From positions 124,001 to 188,000 of the forward strand of contig NOWV01000120.1 of the NCBI GenBank assembly GCA_003344405.1: a stretch of DNA of 64,000 nucleotides. The letters run 5' to 3'. A model generated the notes under the pieces. It saw only the letters and a program-made list of their open reading frames with translations, made no database searches and was not told the DNA's origin. A program made the position numbers and the translations under genes. This stretch comes from Trichoplax sp. H2. Taxonomy: Eukaryota. Shown here piece by piece: positions 30,101 through 43,025 of this stretch. Each line of letters begins with the position of its first letter. Position 1 is the stretch's first letter.

Positions 30101-33100
30101 AATTATATCGATTTACTCATTCATGAAGTCAGTCGTGTGTTCTATGATCGCTTAGTGGATCAAGACGACCGGAAGCAATTTTATAAAATTGTTTCAAACA
30201 GTTTACATGATTATTTCAAGGTACTTGCTAAGATTTTTACCATTACAATTGCATCATCGTTTGATTTTTACCATAACAATTGCATCATCGTTTGATCATT
30301 TTATTTACTGTAGATGGCGTCTACAGTTATAAACGATTACAGTTTCGTTTATCGTGAGCTTGTAAATATATCCTACTGATATTTTAAAGACTTGCAAAGT
30401 CGATTAGGTGTACTACTTAAACCGATATTCGTCTGTTCTTCTAGGCCAGTGTTGAAGGGAATCAATTACAAAGGAACACGCTTGTATTTTGTGATTTCAG
30501 CGATGAAAAGTCTCATTCATTAGACAGAGTTTATAAACCAGTGAGCGATTTTCGGTCGTTGACTGATATTCTGGTGGACTTTAACAATCGATACAAAAAT
30601 TCTACCGGAAAGGTGAATTAGAGTAATGGCTAAAACAATGTAACTCAATGAATATGCTACGACATTAAAATAGTATAGCATTCAGTTCAAGTAGCCATAT
30701 TTCACCACGTTTAAATTTTAGTATTTTGCTAAACTATTCTTTTGTCACCTATAATTGTGTAGAAAAGTGAAACTACAGTTAATAACGAGTATAACACGTA
30801 GAATTCTATTGCTAAACTTTTCCGTTATTGCTAATAATTGTTTGGGAAAATCAAACTATAGTTTTTAATTAACGAGTGTAACAAATACAGTAGGATTTAT
30901 TACTAAACTTTTCTCTTCTCACCAATAATCACCTAGGAAAATCAAATCATAGCTTTTAACGAATAAAATAGTGGAATTTATTGCTATACCATTCTCTTAT
31001 CATTAAGCGCTATTTAGGAAAATCAAATCATAATTTATAATATAACAAGTAGAATTTGTTACTAAACTTTTCTCTTGCTCTAGTAATCGAATAGGAAAAT
31101 CAAACTATAGCTTATAAAGAGTGCAATTAGTAGAATTTATCGTTAAACTTTTCTCTTGTTACTAATAATGGTTTCAGAAAATCAAACTAGCTTTTAACGA
31201 GTGTAATAAGTACTAGAGAATTGGTGCTAAACTTTTTCTTGTCACAACGAATTGTATAGAAAATCAAAATGTAGTTTTTATCAAGTATAATAAGTTGAAT
31301 TTATTGCTAAACTTTTCTCTTGTCACTAATCATGGTTTAGGAAAATCAAATTATATTTTTTAACGAGTGTATTCAACATATTGTGCGTGCTGCTCGAGTG
31401 TTTAGGCAACCTGGAGGGAATATGCTTCTGGTAATAAGATTATTTTTCATTCCTCATCATCATAGCAATATTATTTTTGAACGAGATACTAGTTGATCTT
31501 CTATCTTGACTAGGTTGGAATCGGTGGCACAGGAAAACAAGTAGTGGCTGAACTTGCAGCCTACATTGCACAGTGCCAGATACATTATCTTAATGTCATT
31601 AGAGGATACGGAATGACAGAATTTCACGAAGATCTCCGCAGCCTATTTTTACGAGCAGGGGTAGATGGCGTTAAATGTGTTTTTATTTTGAAAGATGAAC
31701 ATATCGTTAAGGTATAATTTCATTTCAATGCTACATAATACCAGTTAAAATTTGTTCTTACTATTGCTTTCCTGATTGATTTATTGATTATAAGTAAATG
31801 ATCTTCAGTACTACATGTAGTGAATGTAACATGGGTAATGTAGAGATGACGGATATTGAGGGAGCAATTTAGGTTATATAACTTAGTCAATGTATGATAG
31901 TACTATACGATTCCTAAATCCATTTGAGTAGTAAGCATTGCTCCATTAATATAGATGGAAAGTTATTCGTTTATAATATTACAACTATCAGTCTGTCATT
32001 ATAATTATAAGTTAAATTGGGTATGCTTAACATTTTAGGACGTGATGTTAGATGATATCAATTGCATCCTAGACAGTGGCAATATACCGGAACTGTTTGA
32101 CCGCGATGAAATGGACAGAATTGCTATTACCATGCGTTCTTTAAAGTCCAGCGAAAAAGATGAACTGAATTCTAATCTTTATAAATATTTCATTCAGGTA
32201 GAAAGATAGATGCGTATAAACATCTTAAATGAGATAAAATTTGTTGGGACTGGTTCCTATTAACAGTGTATTCCACTTTATGACAATTACGGGTTATAAA
32301 TGGTATATTTTCTATCTCTTTAATTAATAGAGAGTGCAGGAAAATCTACATATTGCCTTTTGTACTAGTCCAACTGGTAAACAATTTCGCAAGCGATGCC
32401 GAACTTACTCAGCTTTAGTCAACTGTTGCACAATTGACTGGTACGATGAATGGCCGGCAAATGCCTTACATTCAGTGGCTACAAAGTACTTATATAACCT
32501 AGATATCCCATTACCCAAAAGTAAAGATAATGCGAAAAGCAAGAGTAATAAATTGACCAACTTACAGGTTGGTATAGAGAAAGAAGGCATTAATCAATTT
32601 TAACCTCACCAAATCGTATACTTATTAAAACTGTGTTACCTGGGTTTTATTTTTTATTATTTATTATCTTGTTTGATCAATTTAGAATTACTGTATTAGC
32701 TTGGCTGATGCTTGTGTCGCTTTCTTCATGAGCTCAAAAGAAATGGCAACAAAGATGGCTGATGAAATTAAACGACATTACTACTTAACACCAACTAATT
32801 ATTTAGATTCAATGCATTTATTTGCTAAAATGTTGAGTGATCAGCAGCAAAAGATTGCTAGAAATAAGTACGCTATGTTACTTTATTTGTCTACTGCGTT
32901 AAACATCCCTCTAGACTGGTTGATTTGTAAACCAAGTCTCTAATTCTCAATAAAATACAACTTTAGGGAGAGGTTAAAAAGTGGTCTAAGTAAGTTACAA
33001 CAAGCTGAAACATTTGTTATCAGTATTAAAGACGAACTGGTTAAACTTGGTCCGTTAATCGAATTAAAAGCTCAGGTAATTTGAGTGTCTATTCCATCAA

Positions 33101-36100
33101 TTTTTAGAAAAGGAATTCATAATTATTGGTATATGATTAAACTGTTAGTCTCCATATAATAGGAAAATGAGAAATTGATGACTGAATTAAAAAATGAAGA
33201 AACAGAAGTAGAGAAAATGAAGACCTTGATAGAAACGGAAGAAGCTTTAACAGCACAAGAAGCTCGTGAAGTAGAACAGATTACTAAGGTATCAAATTGC
33301 TCAGATTATATCAGTGAGAGATCAGGTTTGCATCGGTGAGCCAAGTCTAATTGTTTATGGGTTGATTGGGTCTGATCTGATTAATTATATCTAGGATGCG
33401 GAATTGGATTTAAACAAAGCTCTACCAGCATTGGATGCTGCTAATTCTGCTTTGAATGCATTAGATAAATCCGATATTGCTGAAATTCGGGTTTATACTA
33501 ACCCTCCAGATTTGGTTATGACTGTAATGGCTGCTGTGTGTACACTTCTCCAGGAGAAGGCCGATTGGGTTACCGCTAAGCAGCTTTTAACGGATACTAC
33601 TTTTCTTGTTAAACTGATCACATTTGATAAATCTAGCTTGTCGGATAGGGTAAAATATTTGCTGTTATTTTAAAAGTCATTCACGCTACTAAAGCTAAAT
33701 TTGATTGATGCGTTAGTTGGTTTTAATCATTGGATGTTATTTTAATTCCTCTATAAAACTATGTTCATCTTTCAGAATTTAGCAAGATTACATAAGTACA
33801 CTAGTCAAGCCGACTTTACTCCGGTAAAAGTTGGTCAAGTATCTGTGGCTTGTAAATCAATGTGCCAGTGGGTTTTAGCAGTACAACATTATGCAGAAGT
33901 TTATAAAGTTCGTATTTAATTGCAGTGATACTTTAGCATCCGATATTACCCGTTACAGCTGCCTTTATTCTGCTAATTACAAGAATGGATCTATGTCATC
34001 TACAGATTGTAAAGCCGAAGATGAATCGTTATGAAACACTTAAAAATGAACTAGAGCTAGCTAGGGACAATCTAGATCGTAAACAGCAGAAATTGCGAGA
34101 AATAGAAAAGCACTTGAAAGATCTGCAAAAACGTTATAAGAAAAGTGTAGCTGATCATGAATATTTATGGCAACATAAGGAACTGTCTACGTTAAGGCAA
34201 TATAGAGCGACATTGCTAACAAAGTCATTATCTGGAGAAAAGGTTTACAATTTTTTTGCTTTTAATGGACATTGATAGTGTTATATCTGTAATTGAAACT
34301 GTGATTATATTATTGTTACTCTTTTAAAACTATCTTCACTACTACGAGCCCATGGTTCGTTATAGTCTGGTCTATGCGTGTACTTTTTACTTGATATTTA
34401 TTATGTACTGAAAAGTACACACGCACGGGCAAATTATTTTAATATATATAGATTCGTTAAACTTACAAAGGCATCCAATATTAAATCAACCTTTTATGCC
34501 TTTTGCTCATTAGGATCGCTGGTCTGGCGCAATTGATGAATTAGATATACATCTAGAAACCATTGTTGGTGATTCCCTTCTCTCCGCTGCCTACTCTACT
34601 TATGCAGGGGCTTTTACAGTAGATTACCGAAAGCAATTAATCTCAGATTGGGTTGGGAAATGTAGCCAAGAAGAAATTCCCATCGCAAAAAACTATTCCT
34701 TCATATCACATCTGTCATCTAATCTGGATGTAAGAAAATTTGGGGTTGCTGTTTACATTTTATGCTTCATAGCTTGAAATTTACTTTTCCTTTAATGTTC
34801 ATTTGTTCCCCATGATTTTGAAAGATGCAAGGTTGGCATGCTCTTGGATTGCCGAAGAATGATCATTCACGTCAAAATGCTGTTATAGTTATGAATTGTT
34901 ATAAATGGCCACTTATGATTGATCCACAAGGCCAAGCAAGACTGTAAGATATTTTTTGGTATCTTTAAATAGCAGATATATTTTATTACAAGGATACATA
35001 TGTTGGATAATCTCCTGGAGCTGATATTGTAATTTTATGGAGTCATTACTTATAATTAACCTGTTTCTTTAGTTGGATTCGAAGGATGGAAGGTGAACGA
35101 TTAAAATTAGTTAAATCTACGGACGTAAATTACATGAGAACTTTAGAAAATGCTATTCGAGTTGGGGAACCCGTACTCTTGGAGGTGCAGAATATTTGTA
35201 CTAATGATTTCAACATTGTTATCATTCTGGCCCTCAAATAGTTAAAAATACGATTACTCCAATTATGTTCTTTTAGGGCATTGATGACACCTTGGATCCC
35301 TCTCTTCGTCCTATTTTGCTGAAGCATTTAGAAAATAGGGGTGGGCAGGCTGTTATCCAAATTGGAGATACAGAGTTGGCGTATAACTCTAATTTTAGGT
35401 TAGATGAATTGTTTCTTAATAATGGTTAAAATGGATCAATGTTTCTTCTAAACGGCACTTGTCAAAATATCTTAGGCTTTATTTGACAACACAATTGGCT
35501 AATCCTATTTATTTACCCGAGACTTGTGCTAAAGTGACGGTAGTCAACTTTTCAACAACTTTTGATGGATTAAGAGATCAACTGCTATCGATTGTAGTTC
35601 AAAAGGTTCAATCGTATTACTATTTAAATATTCCTACAATAACATTAACTATTTCGTTTTTATATTTCTTGAATTTAAATGCAATACAATGATGATGATA
35701 TAACCAAGTTAATAATTTGTAGTAATGCGTTATATAGAAATTATAATGTACACTTACATATTAATATTATGCTTTTTGCTTTTAAATGAGATGCAATGAT
35801 GATGGTGTATCCAAGTTGTTAATGACTCCTAGTAACAAGAATGTGTTACGTAGGAATTACAATGTAATAAAGTTACTGATTTTGAGTGCTTTCAATTCTA
35901 TTCTGCAGGAAAAGCCGCAGCTTGAAATACAGCGTCAAAACCTATTAGAGAGTATTGCAAGCGACAAAGTAAAACTGCGTGATATCGAAGATAAAGTACT
36001 TACTTCCTTGCAGGATTCTGAGGGTAAGTTCATAGAAATTGTAGATTATACTATAAGCTGTATTACTATCGCTAACTTTATTGCTTGATCGATCAATTAA

Positions 36101-39100
36101 TTGATAAAATACGGGTACATTATAAATTTTAATAGGCAACATACTAGACGATGAAAATTTAGTGACATCGTTGGAGGAAAGCAAGAAGACGTCTGCTGTT
36201 ATTAAAGAGCGAGTATCACAGTCTGAAAGCACTCAGAGAAAAATCGATGTCAATAGAAATAAATTTTTTCCGGTAAAGATTCGTGATAAATACGCATTTT
36301 ATTTAAGAATATAAAGCCTTACTTAGCGATAGAGAAATTTTATAGGACTACTAGTATATGAATAGCAATTGAAAGCATATAATTTTGAACACTTTATGAT
36401 TTCAGATTATTATTTAACTTAATTCTAATTAGAAAGTGGAAATTATTTAATGTTGCATGCTCTTAGTTCAAAGTATTATTTATTTTAACCTTTCAATTTT
36501 AATTAGTATGTCAAAATCATTTAATATTGTACACATTTAGCGCAGGATATACTATAATTATAATTTGATTTTAATTTTAATGGAAAATAGTCAGTAATAC
36601 TAATTTTGATATAGAATTGGGTAGATTTTTTGGCAGTGAATTTATTCCTCTTTTCATTTTAAGTCGCATTAAAAATCATAGAAATCCAATTAACTTTTCT
36701 CCTCCTTCTTAATATTGCATGCTCTTAGCTCAGGATATTATTTACCTTAACTTTTAAATTTGAATTAGCAAGTCAAAGTTATTCTAAACTACTCGCTCTT
36801 AGTGAAGGATACACTATAATTACAGTTTGATGTTAATTTTAATATAAAATAGGCAATGGTACTAATGTTGATATCGAATTGGGTAGATTTTTTCGCAGTA
36901 TGTTTGCTTCCCTTTCCATTTTAAGTCGCACAATAAATCACAGAAATCCGATTCATTTTTATTAGATGTAATTGATTGAAATTATCTACGTTGAGTGGAT
37001 TGAGTAATTTTGTGATATCCGTGACTTTTTGATGTCATTTAATGTAACTCTTACGGTTGCTTAAAATTCTTTTCTATCTTCTACAATTCGAGGCGCTACC
37101 GAAATTTAGAATTTTATCGTTTAAATTTCTACTTAAGAGCTCTAGCTGGATAGCAAATTTTAATCTTAATTCTGAGCTTATCTCATGCTTTCGGAAATGA
37201 TATTGCTCTTGAATAAATTAAAATTGGAATATCTTTATATTAAAATAGATTGCTACGAGGGGCGCTATCATCTATTTTGCTTTGCAAGATTTGGCATTTA
37301 TAAATCATATGTATCAATTTTCTTTGGCTTGGTTTACCAATCTATTCTCTGACTGTATCTCTAATATTAAAAATAAACGGCCAGCCTCATCGCCTGCATC
37401 AACTCAAAGGAGAGCTAGCTCTAGGAGAATTCTAAATATTCAAGCAGGTTGTTTACATTTGGTAGATTTAACTTTAGAGTTCTTGTAGTGATGATATGAA
37501 ACAAGAATCCTTCCATGATATTTTATGGTTGCTAGACATTAATAATTATTATTACTCTCTTATGTGATAAAATTAGAAATCCATAGTAGTACGCCAACAA
37601 ATGATGGATACAATGTGGTGAAGGAAGAAGAAAAACCCGAGGAAAAATTTGAGACATATATAAGGAACTCAATGTATAAAATTACTATGGCTGTCTATCG
37701 ATTGGTCTCGCAAGGATTATTTTCTCGCCATCAGTTAACCTTTTCCTTTATTTTAACTACACGCATCCTTGCTTCTAATCATGTAAGAATAAAATTAGCG
37801 CATTAATATAGCGGGACACTACCATTTGGGTAATTATTAATTTTATTGCCTTGTCACTTTTGCATTTGTGGCATAAGGGTGGTGATCAGTTGCAGGATAA
37901 AAGTGAATTAATAACTGAAATGGAGTGGAATACCTTTTTACATGGCGCACATTACGCCACTAAGGATACCCATTTATTTGAAGAAAAAAAGCGAAATCCA
38001 CTCAGCCATAGTGATTCAAAGCAGCTATCGTTTCATACTGGACATTTTAGCCCATCTCCAGTTAGGTGGATTACAGATGTAAGTGTTATTACAAATTGTT
38101 TTAAAATTGTCCATCATGTGAAATCGCATGTTAAACACTCTAATTACATTTGAATATGCTAAGTCTTCACCTTAATGTGTAATAATGTTATACAGTCTGC
38201 ATGGCATGAATGTCGCGAGTTAGCCAAGAGAATGATAGAATTCCATGGTCTTACCGATCACATACTGAATAATAAAGGATTTTGGGAAGCATTTTCGAAA
38301 TCTGAAATTCCATATTTTAAACTCAAAGGCAATGTTACGGAAATGTCTAATGAGCAATCAGAAACCAATGATACCAGTAGTACAGTTAGTGACGGTAATG
38401 TTGATATATTAAGTAATTATTAATGCAAATTAATTTAACTTTTAGATTTTTCTATTGCTGAAATTGTTGCAAATAGCTAAAAAATACCGTAATTAGAAAC
38501 ATTGACCTTGTAGGCTTTTAATATAATTGTTAGAATATACAAGATAGGTTAGATAAATATCCTATGATGCCTTCTGCAAGATGACAGTTTATCTTGAGTC
38601 AACTTCTAATCCGGTTTAGATTTTCTAAATATTCGTTTCCTTTAGTAATTATTTATTCTTCATTTTTTCTCTAACCCTGACAAAATAGATAGTAGTGATA
38701 TCTCCAAGGAAGAAAATCCGTTTCAAGTCAGCAATTTATCTTGTTTCCATCGATTGATTTTGATTAAAGTTCTAAGACCAGATGTTTTAAGTCTTTCAAT
38801 TTGGTATTATATCGAAGAATCAATGGGCAATAGTTTAATATCTGCTGGTGGTTTTGACATAAAAGAAATCTATAAGCAATCAAACTGTAAAACACCATTA
38901 ATTTTTTTACTTTCGCCAGGTGAATAACGTCTGTAGGTTTTTATTTAATTTTTGAATAATGTTACTGCAAATGCAATTTTACATCATCTACTAAAAGTAT
39001 CATCATTCCAGTATATCACAAGCGCATATCATTGACCATTGCTTAATTTATAAAATGATTTTATTGATCACGAATAATAGGCAGCGATCCCATTTCCATA

Positions 39101-42100
39101 TTGGAGAGATTTGCTAGAGACAAGTTTGGTTCTATTACCAATATTGATATCGTATCATTAGGTCGTGGCCAAGGTCCTAGAGCTGTCGAATTAATAAATA
39201 AAGCCTGCTCCCAGCAGAATGGACGATGGGTTTTACTACAAAATTGTCATCTTGCAGAATCTTTCATGCCAGAGTTACGCCGAATTGTTGATGAGTGAGT
39301 CATGTAACCAATCACTCTAGTAAATAAGTCTGTGCAATTCGATATGATGATGGATTGTGATTACTGAATGAATATAAGTAAATAGGTTAAAAAACGATTC
39401 CTTACGAATAACTTATGACTATGATTATCGGGTAGGATTGTATCGGGTAGTGACACAATTGATCCCTACTTTCGACTTTGGCTAAGCTCCAAGCCTGATC
39501 CATTCTTTCCAGTTGATATCTTGCAAGCCGGGTTGAAAGTATGTTATACTTATAATCTCGATATTTCATAGGCTATTTTAATGCTGAATGAATCTTGTAG
39601 CAAATTTTGAATTAGCATTTTAGTATTTTTTTTATGTCATATCAATGTACTTTAACATTAATGGAGTAATTTTTATATCTGCAAAATTTATTAATTGTAG
39701 ATCAGTGTTGAACCACCGCAAGGTCTGAAAGCTAATTTGCTGCAGTCATTTAACAGTGGCTTAATTTATGAGGAGTCATTCGAAGATCACCATACTGGAC
39801 CTGCTTGGAAAAAAGTTCTCTTTGGATTGTGCTTCTTTAATGCAGTTGTTCTTGAAAGGAAGAAATATGGACCACTGGGATGGAATATTCCTTACGAATT
39901 TAGCACTTCTGATTTAGAGGTTAATTAATTTCAATATTGAATAAAAATCTGCAGATGCGATAATAATTTTTTAGAATACCGTTCTACTACGGTATCCCGC
40001 GGAATGTAGCATCAAATTATTAATATGCACTCTTATTACTATTTCTAATTAACTCGATATAATTTCTAATGTTTACCTAAGGTTTCTATTCAGTTATTGC
40101 GAATGTTGCTATCAGAGGAAGATACACCTTGGGATAAAATTCATTACTTAATTGGAGAGTTGGCTTATGGAGGGCGCGTAACTGATGAGTGGGATAGAAG
40201 ATGCTTGAGAGGGATTTTAACGAAATTTTGCGGAAGAGACTGTGTTACAGATCATTATTCTTATACATCAAACCAGGTAAGATATAATTTTGCTGATTAA
40301 CGCTATAATATTACGTAGACACTTTAAATTAAAGTGCTTTATTTTTCTTATTTGTAAGGAGAGTAGTATTCTATTGCTATTATGTTACTATGAATAATTG
40401 CATATTCATATTACGTATGAAGGCTAGTAAAAGCATTTGTAAATGTTTACTTAGAAATTATTTTTGCAAAATATAATATGGCTTCATTACTATCGTAGGT
40501 TTATCGACCTATTCGGACGGATGCTAGCTTCACAGAATGTATTGAATATATAGAAAGCTTGCCACCAACAGATTCGTCAGAGGTATTTGGGATGCATCAA
40601 ACTGCTGAGAAAACTTTCTTGTTAACTCAAGGTAAATTGATTGTGGAGGTATTGCAAGCTATTGACTCACATGGGCAGAAAATAGCTGGGTAAGCAATAT
40701 AGGTTAAAAATAAAACTTATATTTCTTAAAAGCTATAAGATTATCGCGTGATATTAATAAAAGTATGTTTTTTGTGACGTGCTAATCTAAACACAGGTAT
40801 GATCAAGGTAGCGATGGAATAGTTCTACAAATCCTTGAAGAAATGCAGAGTACGATACCATTAGAAATCAATTTAGTCATAACTCAAAATCAAACGAAAT
40901 ATGGTTTGCCAACTGCAGCTATTGGTGCGGCACATGATGACCTGGCAGTACTAGCAGAACAGCGTTTATTTTATCAACCTTTCCAACAGGAATTTACACC
41001 TTACACAGCTTTAGATACTGCTTTAAAACTGGAATGTGTGCGTTTCAATAGGTAAAATACTGTATTAGTTGTGAATGAAGATGCTGTTTACTGAATCGTT
41101 ATTATGGAATTGATGTTCATGTATTAAGCCTAATAAAGTTCTTTTTTCCGCCACAAAGGTTATTGCACAAGGTTCATCAAACATTAAAGGCACTCAAACT
41201 AGGTATAGAAGGGCGAGTAATTATGTCAGAAGAATTAGAGCAGACATATGTTGCACTCTTGAGAAATCGGGTTCCTAAATTATGGATGGTATGTGGCAAC
41301 TATAGTTGCTAAAATTGTAAAAGTCTTTCTTTATGCTTTGGTACCAGTATTTTTGTTTCCTAAATTACATGTATATTATTATATTTCAGGCTGTTTGTTA
41401 CGAATCAAGTAGACGATTAGGCTCTTGGGTAACGGATCTGATTCGACGTATAGATTTTATACAGTACTGGTTGGATTTAGCCATGGAAGCTTCGCAAGTT
41501 AGGAAGAAGAATAGTCTGATTAGTGCAACTGTCTCTTCTGTCAGATCTGAAATTTCCAAAGCAGATATAAGGTAGTGAGCTGTACGATAGTAATGTTCAT
41601 GTTGTGATACATATTTTAATTTGGTTATAAAAAACTCAGATGTTAATTTTAAAAGCGTGGGAAATCTTTAACGTATAATTGTATAATTCCTGCGCGTTGT
41701 TCTTTTGTAGTAGTAGCCATTCCAGGCTTCCATCGCGTGATTCCATTACCTCGACAAAGTACACATTCGATACTAGCTCCAATTTTAAAGGGTATCCTGA
41801 TTCATTTTGGCTGCCGGCATTCTTTTACCCTCAAGGTATTTCAGCTATATTACGAAAAACTGTTGTAGTAGCGATATTCTCTTTTGCGTCCCAAATTCTT
41901 ATGGATGAAGAAATTTTAGCGAAATCTAATAATTATAATTACAAATAATCCATAATTACTCATTGATAGTATATCAACATGGGTTCGATGGGAAATTTTT
42001 GATTTAATAATCATTATGTCGCTTCTTTCAGGATTTTTGACTTCGGCACTGCAACATTGTGCTCGTATATTGAATTTACCCGTTGATACCATACAATTTC

Positions 42101-43001
42101 AACATAACATCTTAGGATATGAGGATACTTCGACCATGTATTCGGACTTTAATTCGCAGCAGTTCGGCAGCAATCAGGTAATTTCAAAATGTAATTATAT
42201 AAAGCAAATTCTAGAAAGCTTTTGTTAGCTTAATGATGCCATCAGGGTAACGAAATAATCAGAAAACAAAGTGTTATAAGTCATAATAAAGTACTAAAGA
42301 TAAAGAGAGGGTATATTGCATTTTCATCGAAGTTATTGAAGTTGAATTGGTTTTTCATTTGTGAAGGATATCTTGGATGGTTTTATTATATATGGATTAC
42401 ATCTGGATGGAGCTCACTGGGATGAAGATTTTTTATCTTTACGTGATCCCAAAATAGAACAAAAGCATAGTATGATGCCATCCATCACATGCAAAGCTGT
42501 AGAGGTAAGATTATGAATGGAATCATTACTGAAATTCATGTACTCATCGTTCTAAGAAGTTACTACATGATGAAGTTGCTCCTTGTCAATGCAATAAAAA
42601 GTCAATATTTCAGTAGAGACCGTTGCTTAGATTGAGCACTGCCGTTCATGTAAATTACTAGCGATTATTGCTAATTTGCAATACCAAGAGTCGCAGCCCA
42701 CTTGGGTCTTCACTAATGTAGATGCTTTAATGTCGTTTACATTGCAGTATTTTCGTAAGCTTTTGTTTTCAAAATATAAATTCTCGCGACTGTTTTCTTA
42801 CAGATATCTCGAATTAAAGAAGAGAAATCAGGTCGTTATTTTTATGAGTGTCCAGTATACATTACACCCTCAAGAGCTGGTAGCCTTTCCTCAACTGGAT
42901 TGTCGAATAATTTTGTTACTTCCATAAATTTACCAAGTGATCACCCACCAGAGCATTGGGTACTACGAGGTGTTGCGCTGCTATGCCAACCTGAGGATTA
43001 G
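12178..43001 (+). CDS. DNAH14: Axonemal (inner-arm type) dynein heavy chain, DNAH14-like; about 80 exons by hand count
   Basis: AAA1 P-loop GPAGTGKT (23832-23855) and CFDEFNR. AAA2 GPTGGGKS (25780-25803) and [25 protein letters not shown]3 TGESGIGKS (split by intron 28208-28784) and [11 protein letters not shown]4 GIGGTGKQ (31517-31540). Stalk/[37 protein letters not shown]5 [14 protein letters not shown]6 [10 protein letters not shown] and [13 protein letters not shown]-terminus [15 protein letters not shown] (TAG 42999-43001). The N-terminal [19 protein letters not shown] and [15 protein letters not shown] resemble the DNAH14 N-terminus as I recall it; the paralog call needs a phylogeny. 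The start codon is tentative. Confidence 0.9.
16966..17247 (+). repeat. Coding ~30-nt/10-aa degenerate tandem repeat ([KQP]-R-x-S-hydrophobic-E) in a dynein tail exon
   Basis: [30 protein letters not shown] ... [51 protein letters not shown], read from ORF 16483..17517. Confidence 0.75.
26770..27085 (+). repeat. Intronic tandem duplication (about 4 degenerate copies) including a duplicated 3' splice site
   Basis: 'aacgatttt(c)agt' at ~26780, 26844, 26930 and 27003. 'ctactattc(a/t)attag|GTGATGGAATGA' occurs at both AG 26910-26911 and AG 27071-27072. Confidence 0.8.
30232..30296. repeat. Near-perfect 31-bp direct tandem repeat in a dynein intron
   Basis: gatttttaccattacaattgcatcatcgttt / gatttttaccataacaattgcatcatcgttt (1 mismatch). 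Confidence 0.9.
30721..31371 (+). repeat. Eight-copy ~80-90 bp tandem array whose unit spans the polypyrimidine tract, AG acceptor and first ~30 nt of the dynein AAA4 exon
   Basis: Unit is approximately agaatttattgctaaacttttctcttgtcactaat..tag GAAAATCAAA.TATA..TTTTAACGAGTGTA. Exon-start copies lie at ~30762, 30846, 30937, 31018, 31095, 31177, 31259 and 31341 (the true exon, [30 protein letters not shown]). Confidence 0.92.
35674..35866. repeat. Two-copy degenerate duplication (~107 bp spacing) in a dynein intron
   Basis: tttaaatgcaatacaatgatgatgatataaccaagtt..atgcgttatatagaaattataatgta versus tttaaatgagatgcaatgatgatggtgtatccaagtt..atgtgttacgtaggaattacaatgta. Confidence 0.75.
36449..36960. 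repeat. Two-copy ~260 bp diverged tandem duplication in a dynein intron
   Basis: Collinear anchors ttgcatgctcttag, actataatta, gaattgggtagatttttt, cattttaagtcgca and agaaatcc are each present twice, ~260 bp apart. Confidence 0.88.
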
Positions 43002-43019
43002 CACCTCTTATGATGTTAT

Positions 43020-43025
43020 AATAAA
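43020..43025 (+). terminator. Candidate polyadenylation signal of the dynein gene
   Basis: AATAAA 18 nt after the TAG stop. The hexamer is common in AT-rich DNA. Confidence 0.4.

Noticed and set aside
30721..31371. CRISPR-like periodic array
   Set aside because: The whole ~82-bp unit is homologous between copies, with no unique spacers. It derives from an intron/exon junction, the context is eukaryotic, and there are no cas genes.
35795..35880. Box C/D snoRNA (ATGATGA ... CTGA) in a dynein intron
   Set aside because: No convincing terminal stem or recognisable rRNA antisense element; explained as part of a local duplication.
19179..36232. Minus-strand ORFs overlapping the dynein (e.g. 19179-19388, 24104-24556, 29076-29312, 32405-32590, 35945-36232)
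   Set aside because: Antisense shadows of dynein exons with no independent coding signal.
12178..43001. Dynein pseudogene or alternative genetic code suggested by fragmented ORFs
   Set aside because: The breaks I checked are explained by in-phase GT-AG introns, and the catalytic motifs and C-terminus are intact.
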